The position numbers and the translations under genes were made by a program. The notes below the pieces were generated by a model. The model was given only the letters and a program-made list of their open reading frames with translations, ran no database searches and was not told the DNA's origin. From Candidatus Spongiisociaceae bacterium (GTDB lineage: Bacteria; Actinomycetota; Acidimicrobiia; Spongiisociales; Spongiisociaceae): a DNA stretch of 64,000 bases. The DNA lies in contig OZ253564.1 in the NCBI GenBank assembly GCA_965262915.1, forward strand, positions 2,464,001 through 2,528,000. Reading direction: 5' to 3'. This document shows positions 8,551 through 17,717 of the stretch, piece after piece. The number at the start of each line of letters is the position of its first letter. The first letter of the stretch is position 1.

Positions 8551-8637
8551 GGTGTTTACCAGACCCCGCGTTTCCGCGCAGCCTCACTCATTTGACGCGA
8601 GGGTTCACGAACCACGGACCACCCTAGATACAGGTAG

Positions 8638-9891
8638 CTATGGGCCGAGGGCGGTGATCGGTGCCACTTGGACGTTGTCGGGGCGGCGGTAGGCGGGGCC
8701 GGTGGAGGTCACGACCATCAGGGCAGCCAGGTCTTCGACCCGGTGTCTAGCCATCTTGTCCCGTAGCCGGAGCAGGGATCTGGCCGCTTCGTCCACAGTG
8801 TCGGGCGCAGGACTCAGCTTGATCTCGACGGCCAGCCACGCGCCATCGTCCCGTTCGATGATGGCGTCAACTTCGAGGCCGGTGTCGTCGCGGTAGTGGA
8901 ACACGCTCCCCCGATCGGGCTGGCTGTGGATGCGGAGGTCGCGTACGACCAGTGACTCGAACAGGCACGCGAAGGTCTTGGGATCGGCCAGCAGTCGCTC
9001 GGGCGAAGCACGCAGCATCGAGGCGGCAAGTGATGGATCGACGAAGTGGCGCTTGGGAGCCTTGTGCAGGGTAGCCCTGGACCGGAGGCTGGCCGACCAC
9101 GCGGGTTGGTTCTCCACGACGAAGATGCGCTCGAGTGCATCCAAGTAGGCGCCGACAGTGGAACGGCTGAGCCGGGTGTTTCCGCCCGCGTCGGCTACGA
9201 GTGTCGTTGTCTTCGCCTCGGTGGCTACATGGCGGGCCATCGATCGCGTCAGGCGTCTCACCGCGAGCGGATCGTGCCTGACGCCGCTTGCAGAGGGCAC
9301 GTCCACCCGGATGATCTCGTTCACGTAGTCACCGACCGCTAGGCGGGCGTCGAGTTCGTCCAGCTTCAGGCTCCCGGGCCATCCCCCCACACATAGGAAC
9401 GACGCCACATCCCTCAGGCCGATCTCGGGCGGCGGGGCCGACACGGGGCGACCCCCGAACAGGCTCTGCAACGAGACCGCACCCGTAGAGGCACCCATCT
9501 CGTACAGTGACATCGGCCGCATCAATACGCGGCCAATCCGACCCACGCCGGTGTGACGAGTCGTGTCATCCTGCGGAGTTGCTGAGCCCGTGAGGATGAA
9601 GTGCCCGAACCCGACACGATCATCGCACTCCCGGCGCACTCGGTTCCATAGCTGGGGAGCGTTCTGCCACTCGTCGAGCAACCGCGGCGTGTCACCCCGC
9701 AGCACGGCGGCCGGGTCTGCCGCAGCCAGCAGCAGCGTTGCTTCATCATCGAGGCGAGCCTCACTCCGGGCCACGTTGCGCGCTGCCCACGTCTTGCCAC
9801 CTGCCCGGCAACCCTCGATCAAGACCGCTCCACGTCGCCGGAGGGCGCCATCGATCTCACGGTCGGCGACACGCGGGAGATATCCGGGCAT
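8638..9891 (-). CDS. AAA_14 ATP-binding protein with DUF4143 C-terminus
   Basis: YLPRVAD, IEGCRAGGKT, LLDEWQ, FILTGS, GGWP, KRHFVDP, YRDDTGLEVDAI..VEIK. Start taken at MPGYLPR. Confidence 0.9.
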   Translation of the reverse strand: MPGYLPRVADREIDGALRRRGAVLIEGCRAGGKTWAARNVARSEARLDDEATLLLAAADPAAVLRGDTPRLLDEWQNAPQLWNRVRRECDDRVGFGHFILTGSATPQDDTTRHTGVGRIGRVLMRPMSLYEMGASTGAVSLQSLFGGRPVSAPPPEIGLRDVASFLCVGGWPGSLKLDELDARLAVGDYVNEIIRVDVPSASGVRHDPLAVRRLTRSMARHVATEAKTTTLVADAGGNTRLSRSTVGAYLDALERIFVVENQPAWSASLRSRATLHKAPKRHFVDPSLAASMLRASPERLLADPKTFACLFESLVVRDLRIHSQPDRGSVFHYRDDTGLEVDAIIERDDGAWLAVEIKLSPAPDTVDEAARSLLRLRDKMARHRVEDLAALMVVTSTGPAYRRPDNVQVAPITALGP

Positions 9892-9956
9892 CCTGAGCGT
9901 GCGAAGTGCGCTGCCGGCGGGTCTCATGGGACTCGGAACTCCTCCCATCTGGACAC

Positions 9957-10082
9957 TACGTTGGGGAATGCCCCCCATGTCTGGGCGCCCGCCATGACCG
10001 TAGTACATTGCGGGAATTATCCGTAATACATATTGGGAATCCCCTACAACGCGTTACAGGAATGCACTGACGTTCCGGGAAT
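9957..10082. repeat. Degenerate direct repeats upstream of the DUF4143 ATPase
   Basis: TACGTTGGGGAAT (9957), TACATTGCGGGAAT (10004), TACATATTGGGAAT (10027), CGCGTTACAGGAAT (10050), GACGTTCCGGGAAT (10069). The central three are 23 bp apart. Confidence 0.6.
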
Positions 10083-10125
10083 TGGCCGGCGATGTGTTAC
10101 ATGGACTTACACATGCCGGAGAGCT

Positions 10126-10461
10126 TCAGGAGGCCTTCCTCCCCACACGGATCGGGATGCGGTACTCCTCCCCCTCGTTCTCGAACACGGCCAGTATCTG
10201 AAGCCGCGCACCGAGAGGTTCTAGGTATTTGCGGAGTCGTGATACGGTCAGGTCCTGCGCGTTCTCCAACTGCGACACGGCGGCCTGGCTGATTCCGAGT
10301 TCGGCCGCTAGTCCCGACTGGGACCAGTCGAGATGCCTGCGCATCTCGTAGAGCCCTATCTCAGCCAGGGTCTGTTGACCCAGCGCGGCGAGGCGTTCCA
10401 CAGCTCCGGGCCGCGCTATGACTTGTCTGCGCAGTTCCTTGTAGTTCCTGGTGCTCGGCAT
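10126..10461 (-). CDS. XRE HTH antitoxin
   Basis: LYEMRRHLDWSQSGLAAELGISQAAVSQLE...LRKYLEPLG. Confidence 0.85.
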   Translation of the reverse strand: MPSTRNYKELRRQVIARPGAVERLAALGQQTLAEIGLYEMRRHLDWSQSGLAAELGISQAAVSQLENAQDLTVSRLRKYLEPLGARLQILAVFENEGEEYRIPIRVGRKAS

Positions 10462-10464
10462 GTT

Positions 10465-10731
10465 CTATTCATTCCCACTCTGTCTAAGGAGGATGACCTG
10501 CCGTCCTGGGTCAAACGCGAACAGCATCCGCAACGAACCGCCCCCTGCCGATGCACGTAGTTCCCTCATGTTCTGATGACGGGATCCCCTGATAGCGCCA
10601 ACGACGGGACGTCTCAACGCGGGTCCTTGTTCCGCCAGCACCTGGACCCGATCGTCAAGGGCTTCCTGCTGGCCCACGGTGAGCGTGTGTCACCACTCCC
10701 CGAACTCGTTCGTGTACTCAACCTCCCACAA
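10465..10731 (-). pseudogene. RelE/Gp49-like toxin with an in-frame stop
   Basis: WEVEYTNEFGEW*HTL...GPALRRPVVGAIRGSRHQNMRELR..RMLFAFDP. TGA at 10690-10692 and a shortened C-terminus. Confidence 0.8.
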
Positions 10732-10890
10732 AGGGCCGGCCCAGTATAATGGATAGCTTATATCGAATCTTAGGCGAGCTCTGCTCGCAGCGGGCCTGGA
10801 GCCGTCTACCCAGCCACTACTCGACTCCACCGGGAACCACAGCCCGCAAGACTTGTCGAGGAAACGAACCCGTTCGGCAGGGCAGCGGAA

Positions 10891-11615
10891 GTGACCTTCG
10901 ACCAACTCGCATACGAGGCGGGGATTTCCTACTTCGATGGTGCGGCTCTACCAGAACAGAGGACTGCTCCCTCCCCCGCGGCGTGAGGGCCGGATGGGTT
11001 ACTACAACACCGGGCACCGTGACCGTCTGCGGCTGATCGCCCACCTTCAGGAACGGGGATTCTCCCTGGCCGCCATCAAAGAGACCCTGGACCACTGGAC
11101 CGAGGGCCGCTCCCTCGCCCATCTGCTGGGTGTCAGCCAGGTCGCTCCCATCCTCGAGCGCAAGCCCGTGCGTCTGTCACTCGAAGAGTTCGCCGCACGT
11201 TTCGTCGTGGTCGATCACCCAGGAAGACATTCAGCGGGCCGTTCAGATCGGCTTGGTCCAACTCGAAGGTGCGGAGCGGTCGGTATCCAACGAAGCCTTT
11301 ATCGATCTCGGCGCCGCCGTAGCGCGCAGGGGGATCCATGCCTCGGAGATCCTCGACGAACGCGAGGCCCTCAAGATCTCCGTCAACGGTATCGCCGACC
11401 GATTCCGCGAGGTCTTCCAACGCCACTTCTGGGACCCGTTTGTCAGCAAGGGTATGCCCGCCGAAGAGATGCCCTCCCTGACAATGGCCCTCAGCCAACT
11501 CACCGAACTGGCCACCAGCGTCGTGACCGCCGAACTGCACGTACGTTTCGCAGCCTTCGCCGAGCAGTACCTCGCCCGGGCCGCAGAATCGGTCGCCAAG
11601 GGATGCGACAACTGA
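10891..11615 (+). pseudogene. MerR regulator, frameshifted copy 3
   Basis: Colinear with 4399..5124 but with frameshifts near 10925 and 11210. Confidence 0.85.
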
Positions 11616-11709
11616 CAGCCCCGACTTGCCTGAGACCCCCAGGAACCGCGACTCCCTCACCAACCGCGACGCCACCATCGGGGAGGGCACCTACGGATTG
11701 CCACCGTGG

Positions 11710-11889
11710 GGGCCTTGCCGAATGAAGATCCGACAGGTCGCCTCGCAGCGGTTTGCCAACCCGGGGTGGGTTGTCGAGAAGAGGCCCGAGCATGTAGTCC
11801 ACGACTGCAACGGCGACCTTCGCGGGGAGGCGATCGATGGCTCGCCGTGCGGGTCGGGCAACTACCAGACCCGAAGACGCATCGGTCAC
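11710..11889 (-). pseudogene. RelE-like toxin, C-terminally disrupted
   Basis: ARRAIDRLP...LLDNPPRVGKPLRGDLSDLHSAR, then homology is lost (no YRV.Y segment). Confidence 0.7.
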
Positions 11890-12173
11890 GCCCTGCTGCG
11901 GCGAAGTTGGTCGCGGAGCGCTTCTATCTCTTCCCGGGTGGCAACATCACCATCGGCGATGGCAGCACGGCCCATTTCAATAGCTTGTACGGCAGCGGGA
12001 TCGGACAGGATGGCGACGGTCTCTTCGATGGCTTCGAGATCGGCTGTGCTGAGCATCACAGCTACCGGACGACCGTTCCGCGTAACTGTGACTCTCTCAT
12101 GCGTCGTGACGACTTGATCGACGACCTCCGACAGCTTGGCCTTGACTTCTGATAGGGAAAGCACCCTTGACAT
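11886..12173 (-). CDS. Phd/YefM antitoxin
   Basis: MSRVLSLSEVKAKLSEVVD...TRNGRPVAV. TATAAT at 12186-12181, 7 nt before the ATG, suggests a leaderless mRNA. Confidence 0.88.
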   Translation of the reverse strand: MSRVLSLSEVKAKLSEVVDQVVTTHERVTVTRNGRPVAVMLSTADLEAIEETVAILSDPAAVQAIEMGRAAIADGDVATREEIEALRDQLRRSRA

Positions 12174-12211
12174 GACCAGAATTATAGTCTGAGTGCTGTA
12201 CCGAAGGGGGG

Positions 12212-12413
12212 TTGATCCTGTCACACCGATGTCGCACAATGGTAAATAGCCGTAAACACCACCGGTCCGTTGCTGGTACCGATCGGACCGGGGCAGGGAT
12301 CAATCTGTCCGAGCACACCCTCACAGGGGAGGAGAGTTCGCGCTCGGAGCCTCGGAGGTGGCGGTTGGGGAAGGCCCGCGGCAGGGCTACGGCGGGGCGT
12401 TTTTCGCGTTCTC
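12212..12413 (+). ncRNA. RNA cassette copy 2 (promoter plus structured RNA)
   Basis: TTGATC 12212, TGTCAC 12219, CACAAT 12235. AAACACC, CCGGTCCG/CGGACCGG hairpin with GGTACC (12275), GGGATCA, GGAGGTGGCGG, GCGTTTTTCGCG. Confidence 0.65.
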
Positions 12414-12590
12414 GTCGCCCAGCCCGCCATGAGGTAACGGCATTTACCTTCAGGAACCGGCTTGAACAGCAATGCGAGTTTTGGTTGAAGGGCCCTAACG
12501 CCCTGGCCTTGTGAACGCATTCGGTTAGGCGAGAGTCGCGATGTGTGGGTTCGATCAGGACGGCGACCGACCGGATCCCGCCCTCTGATC

Positions 12591-12911
12591 CTATTCCTTC
12601 CGGTCTCGCCCGTCTCTCTTCAACACGACCGTGTAGTCCGAATCGATCTTCTTCTGGAAGCTCTGGGACGTGGTGTGCCAGTCGAGTACGTCGACCGTGA
12701 TGGGGAGATCGGACTCCTCGAAGGCATCCTGGAGCCTGCCGAGAACTCGCCAATCCAGGGGTTCGTCACCAACGATGGCAAGGTCGAGATCGGAATACTC
12801 ACGGGCGGTCCACTTCGCTCTCGAGCCGAAGACGCGCACCTCGCAGTCCGGTACGTGCTCAGCCAGTATCTGCTGCACTTCTTCGAGGTGATGCGGCTTC
12901 AGGTCAATCAT
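12591..12911 (-). CDS. Minimal nucleotidyltransferase (MNT) antitoxin
   Basis: VFGSRA...YSDLDLAI...VDVLD. Start at MIDLKP. Confidence 0.9.
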   Translation of the reverse strand: MIDLKPHHLEEVQQILAEHVPDCEVRVFGSRAKWTAREYSDLDLAIVGDEPLDWRVLGRLQDAFEESDLPITVDVLDWHTTSQSFQKKIDSDYTVVLKRDGRDRKE

Positions 12912-13326
12912 TGGAGTCTTCGAGAGTTGCCAGTAGCCGCCGGGACGCTTGGAGGAAGGCCGGTACCTCACCGTAGACTCTATCGGCTATCTCCTTCTTG
13001 TACGTGTGAGATGTGAGGTTCCTCGCGTACGTGTACTCCATCCATCCCTCCGGATCGTGGATCAGCCCCTCCCGTGCAGCGATCCGGAAGACGTGGCGTC
13101 GGGTCGTGCCCACGGTTATGGATGGATCACGATTCTCCTGAAGCCACCGCTTGATGGAGTTCCAACTCAGTTCGTAGGTGAACTCGAAGTACTGGATTAC
13201 CCCGGCTCGAAGGCCGTTCCGTTCGACCTCGGTGAATTGCTCCATGCGCCGGCGGTCTTCACCTACCGTCAAGAGATCACCGAGCGCCCCGATAGCCTTC
13301 CTAAGGCTTTCCAGTTCCAATGACAT
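12904..13326 (-). CDS. HEPN toxin / HI0074-family nucleotidyltransferase substrate-binding protein
   Basis: GVIQYFEFTYELSW...RNLTSHTY (RxxxxH), overlapping the MNT gene. Confidence 0.9.
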   Translation of the reverse strand: MSLELESLRKAIGALGDLLTVGEDRRRMEQFTEVERNGLRAGVIQYFEFTYELSWNSIKRWLQENRDPSITVGTTRRHVFRIAAREGLIHDPEGWMEYTYARNLTSHTYKKEIADRVYGEVPAFLQASRRLLATLEDSND

Positions 13327-13624
13327 GGTTCTCCAACCTTACCGTTGCGCTAGTCACGGCCGACCTTCCCGATCATGGCAAGACGACGGCGGTATGGACG
13401 GACGCAGGAGACACATGGTCGGTAGACGTTCCTATGGCGTCGTGGGTTCATTTCGCGGTTCAGGGCGAATCTCCACGAGGGAGCAGGTCGCAATCGGGTC
13501 AAGCGTGAGCAGGGTGCTTGGTCGATCGGTTCCTCCATGTGGACGCCTACCTGGATCGCGCCATTCGGTGGGATGGCCGGGCTGCTGCCGAGCATCCGGA
13601 TTGTATGTTGGGCGGTGTTAGCGT

Positions 13625-13915
13625 ATGAAGGTGAACATGACTCCATCGCATCCGGGCGACTTCGTCCGCACGGAGATCATCGAGGAACTGGGCCTGGACC
13701 TGGTGCAGGCGGCCGAGATTCTGGGAGTACGCCGGACAGCACTTTCCGAGCTTCTGAACGCCGACGCCGCCCTCTCACCGGAGATGGCCCTCCGCATCGA
13801 GAAAGCCTTCGACATCAGCATGGACATGCTGTTGCGGATGCAAGCCTGGTACGACACGGCGCGAATGCGGGCCCGGGCAGACGAAGTCGACGTCGATCGC
13901 TACCAACCCGTCTGA
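13625..13915 (+). CDS. HigA-family antitoxin (orphan)
   Basis: PSHPGDFVR...AAEILGVRR...LSPEMALRIEKAF. Confidence 0.88.
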   Translation: MKVNMTPSHPGDFVRTEIIEELGLDLVQAAEILGVRRTALSELLNADAALSPEMALRIEKAFDISMDMLLRMQAWYDTARMRARADEVDVDRYQPV

Positions 13916-14052
13916 GGTCTGCTTCATCTACCTTGTCGGGGGGCGCGTAGCAGACCGCGGCCACCGACCTCGTCCCTACGTGTCGAGCCGCATCGAGTAT
14001 GGCGATGGTTGAGCCCGAATCGACCGATGGGTCCAGGCAGTGGACCTTGGAA

Positions 14053-15792
14053 CTAACCAGCTCGAGGGCGGTATTCCAGGAGTGCAGACCGACCGGCGAT
14101 GTCCACGACACGAACCATCATCTCGCGTCCGGTGGCGTCGGTGAGGCGCAGTTCCTCTCCGAGAACGAAATGAACCGGCTGCGGGCGTCCCTGGTTGATG
14201 GCGATGTTGGAGGCGTACAGGTACGTTCTGTCGAGGTTGTCCCGGATGGGATTGAGCCGCCCTGTCACACCTGGGATATATCCGGTTGCCTCCGGGAAGA
14301 TGACCGCGCCCCCTGCGGACAGGTCATGGAGCTCCACTGTTAAGGCGCGCCGACTCGGAAGCCACTCCCGTTCCACATGTGCGAGGTGTCCGGTTGCCGC
14401 TACGAACACGCGCATCGCCAGTTGTGTCGTGTATAGATCGACGACGGTTTCTCCGTACTCGTCGGTCACTGCCCGCTTCCAGGTGTTGTTCGGAAACAGG
14501 GCCAGGACGTCCGCGCCGGTGAGGGGACTGCCTCCGGAGCGGACCGAGACAACCGCACGGGCGGGAGCTATGTCGAGGGACGCCGCCGGGATTGCCAGCA
14601 CCAGGTTGGACTCGTCGATCAACCGGTACACCGGATCCCGTCCTGCGGTCTCCCTCGTCCCCCGGAGAATGGCTGCTACCCCGTCACCGCGACGTTCCAT
14701 CAGGAACTGGCGGTTCTCCGATCCGGGAATGTCACCTACCGACAGGCGTCCGAACACCGACACGATGACGTCGTTCCTCGTGGACTGGTTGACCTCCATG
14801 TTCTCGATGGTCATACCGTTGGGGAGGGCGCCGGGCGAGTCGATCTCCAACCGATCCTCGAACATCGATAACCTGATCCGTTGGCCTCGAACCGAGTAGT
14901 CCCGGTGTGCAACCGCGTTGACCACAGCTTCGAACACCGCCTCGATGCTGTATTGGGGCATTTCGACCCGACCGGGCACCTTGCGGGCTGCGACACGCAT
15001 GTTGCGCACCACGAACCGTACCGCTCCGGCTATCTGGTGATGCAGCGGACCGGTGATCTCCTGCGCGTCGAACTGTCCCGAGGCGCGGTCGCGACCCCGA
15101 TAACGCGTCGCCATGATGGCCGCATGCGGGAACCAATCTTGCGGCTCATCGGCACAGAGCAGGATCCCACCCACTGTGGCCCGCACTACATCACCGTCGT
15201 CTCTGACCAGAAGGCGAAGATTCTTAAGGGCGGTGGCAGGGTTCGCAGCGCGGGCTGTACTGATAAGCGGCTTCCACAACCTCTCGTTCATGGTTGCAAT
15301 ACCCGTGCCGGCCACGGGTTGTCTATCGAACCATACGAACCGAGCTTGTCCTCGTTGCTGCGCGAGACGGAGGCGCTCGTCGCTGGTCATCCTGCGCTTC
15401 GAACTGCCGGCCCGGCGGTAGCACCCACCCGGACTGTCGTGCTGCGCGTAGCCCGGCGGCACTTCGACGACGACCAAGGGCATGCCTTCAATCTCCATAC
15501 GCGAGATGTGGGCGTCGATAGGAGGTTTGACCGAGGAAGCGCACGCCTCGACCAGGACGCGATCCAGAGCGTCCATCTGTGCTCTGGACATTCCCTGTAC
15601 CCGGCCATCGTCGGTGACGCCGCAGAGAAGGAATCCGCCGCGTCCGTTCGCGAACGCGGCCAACTCGTCCGCAAGATCCTGTTGACGCGGCGCCTTGAGC
15701 ACCGAGTCGACGAACTCCACCTGCTTGAACTCCCAAAGGCTGTCTTCACCAAGGCGCAGACGGCGCTCGACTCTTTCGCTAATCGAGTTCAT
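14053..15792 (-). CDS. Schlafen/AlbA_2 plus HATPase_c_4 (RecG C-terminal-like) protein with an extra C-terminal domain
   Basis: GEDSLWEFK, AFANGRGG..LCGVTDDG, EAVVNAVAHRDY, EIDSPG, ERRGDG. Start at MNSISER. Confidence 0.85.
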   Translation of the reverse strand: MNSISERVERRLRLGEDSLWEFKQVEFVDSVLKAPRQQDLADELAAFANGRGGFLLCGVTDDGRVQGMSRAQMDALDRVLVEACASSVKPPIDAHISRMEIEGMPLVVVEVPPGYAQHDSPGGCYRRAGSSKRRMTSDERLRLAQQRGQARFVWFDRQPVAGTGIATMNERLWKPLISTARAANPATALKNLRLLVRDDGDVVRATVGGILLCADEPQDWFPHAAIMATRYRGRDRASGQFDAQEITGPLHHQIAGAVRFVVRNMRVAARKVPGRVEMPQYSIEAVFEAVVNAVAHRDYSVRGQRIRLSMFEDRLEIDSPGALPNGMTIENMEVNQSTRNDVIVSVFGRLSVGDIPGSENRQFLMERRGDGVAAILRGTRETAGRDPVYRLIDESNLVLAIPAASLDIAPARAVVSVRSGGSPLTGADVLALFPNNTWKRAVTDEYGETVVDLYTTQLAMRVFVAATGHLAHVEREWLPSRRALTVELHDLSAGGAVIFPEATGYIPGVTGRLNPIRDNLDRTYLYASNIAINQGRPQPVHFVLGEELRLTDATGREMMVRVVDIAGRSALLEYRPRAG

Positions 15793-16091
15793 CACTGATC
15801 CCAGAAACCCAGGCTCTTGAGATTGGCTTCGATGGCGGCGTGCAGTCCACGGAACCCGGGCCTGTCGCTCACGCCACCGCGTCGGGAGGCAGAATATCCT
15901 CAACTCTCGGTAGACGCGGTAGCACGTTACCATCCTCTCACCCTTCCGACTTGATCCCCCCACGACAAGAGTTCCGAACCACCTCGCCGCATGTGTTTCC
16001 TGAGGATAGGCCCTGCGCACGGAGACCCATGGCCGGTTGACGCAGGTCGCCATCCACACCGTCCGCTAGCGTACGGACCTCCGGGATTCCG

Positions 16092-17567
16092 ATGAGTTCC
16101 GCCGCGGGCGGGATGAAGAAGAAGGTGGTTGAGATGGTCGTTCTCGAAGAAAAACGAAGCGCGGATAGCCAGACCAAGGAGGCTCCCGCCGCCACCTTGG
16201 CCGAGCAGGCCGGCGCCTGGGTAGCCGGATTGTCGTACGAGGACATACCTTCGCCGGTGATCGAGCGGGGCAAGGCGCTGGCGCTGGACTGCTTCGGGCT
16301 GGCACTGGTGGCGGCAAATACGCCGGTGGCGGCTACCGGGCGGCGGGCATTGGAAGCCATGGGTGGTGTCGCCGGGGGTCCCAGCACGGTTCTGGCGACC
16401 GGTGAGCGGCTTACGGCTAGGGACGCGGCTTTCCTGAACGGCTTGGCGGTGGGCGGTCTGGACTGGGACGACACGCACCTCGAGGGTGCGTTCCATGTCA
16501 GTGCTGGTGCGTTTCCTGCCGTGTTGGCGGTGGCGGAGGCGCAGGGGTGCAGCGGGCGCGAGTTCCTATTGGGTTATATCGCCGCTCTCGAAGTGTCTTG
16601 CCGGGCGGCGGCCGCGCCGAGGGATGGGATCCATCAGGCGGGGTTTGCTCCTACCGGGGTGGCGCCGCCGTTCGGATGCGCGGCTGCCACGGCGCTGCTG
16701 CTGGGTGGTGGGGCCTCCGAGATTGCCCACGCCCAAGGCATCGCCGGCAGCACGGCGGCCGGCTTGCTGGAGTTCCTGGCGGACGGGGCCTGGACCAAGA
16801 ACATCCACGGGGCGTGGTCGGCCCATGGCGGTGTGTCGGCCGGGTACCTGGCCATGGCCGGGTTCAGCGGTCCGCTGACCGTCTATGAGGGCGAGTTCGG
16901 CCTCTACCAGACGCATCTGCGTGACCCGGAGGGTGAGCTGGACCCGGGGTACTTCGCCACCCTCGGTTCTAAGTGGGAGACATTGGAGACGGCGGCCAAG
17001 CAGTACCCGGTGTGCCACTTCAGCCAGGCGTTCCTCAAGGGCTGGTTCAAGCTGTCGGAACGGCACGGGATCGAGCTCGGGAACATCCGGTCGATCGTTT
17101 GCCGGGCGCCGGACGGTGTCATCCCCACCATCTGTGAACCGCGGGGACGCCGGGACGCGCCGCTCAACGCCCACGACGCTCAGGAGAGCCTCCCCTACGT
17201 CCTCGCCGCTGCCATCCTGAGCGGGGAGATCACCGAGCGGCAGTTGACCGACGAGATGGTGCGGGACCCCGAGGTCCTGTCGTTGGCCCGTTCGATCCGC
17301 TACGAGCGCTACCCCGAGAGCCTGTTCCCCGATTCCTATGACGGGGAGATCGTCATCGAGACCACAGACGGGCGGGTGTTCCGGAGCACGGACGAGGCCG
17401 GGCGGCTGGAAGTGGACGAGATCGAGGCCAAGTTCCTGGCCAACGCCGAGCGGGCGGTGGGCCGGCGCCGGGGCAGCGCCATACACGAGGCGGTGATGAG
17501 CCTGGATGAGGCCGATTCGCTGGACGGGCTGATCGAGATGGTGTCTAGTGGTCCGTCTGCGAAATAA
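16092..17567 (+). CDS. MmgE/PrpD family protein
   Basis: AAFLNG...DWDDTH, H(V)SA, KQYPVCH, SLPY. The stop codon is supplied by the downstream MITE. Confidence 0.9.
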   Translation: MSSAAGGMKKKVVEMVVLEEKRSADSQTKEAPAATLAEQAGAWVAGLSYEDIPSPVIERGKALALDCFGLALVAANTPVAATGRRALEAMGGVAGGPSTVLATGERLTARDAAFLNGLAVGGLDWDDTHLEGAFHVSAGAFPAVLAVAEAQGCSGREFLLGYIAALEVSCRAAAAPRDGIHQAGFAPTGVAPPFGCAAATALLLGGGASEIAHAQGIAGSTAAGLLEFLADGAWTKNIHGAWSAHGGVSAGYLAMAGFSGPLTVYEGEFGLYQTHLRDPEGELDPGYFATLGSKWETLETAAKQYPVCHFSQAFLKGWFKLSERHGIELGNIRSIVCRAPDGVIPTICEPRGRRDAPLNAHDAQESLPYVLAAAILSGEITERQLTDEMVRDPEVLSLARSIRYERYPESLFPDSYDGEIVIETTDGRVFRSTDEAGRLEVDEIEAKFLANAERAVGRRRGSAIHEAVMSLDEADSLDGLIEMVSSGPSAK

Positions 17568-17707
17568 CTTGGCGTGCCCTGCTTGCCAGCGACGCCCCTC
17601 GCTGCGTTCCGCCTCCTCAACGTACGCTCCGGTGCGCCTTCGTCGGCGGGCCTTGCCAGGAACGCCGCTGCCGGCGCATCCCACGCCGCCATTTCACAGA
17701 CGGACCA
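17549..17707. mobile_element. MITE family B (159 bp)
   Basis: TGGTCCGTCTGCGAAAT / ATTTCACAGACGGACCA, 16/17 inverted match, after CTAG. Homologous to 58025-58185. Confidence 0.8.
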
Positions 17708-17717
17708 CGAACACCGA

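Noticed and set aside
10690-10692. Selenocysteine or recoding at the in-frame TGA of the Gp49-like toxin
   Set aside because: It most simply reflects a TGG-to-TGA nonsense change, and the gene also has a damaged C-terminus.
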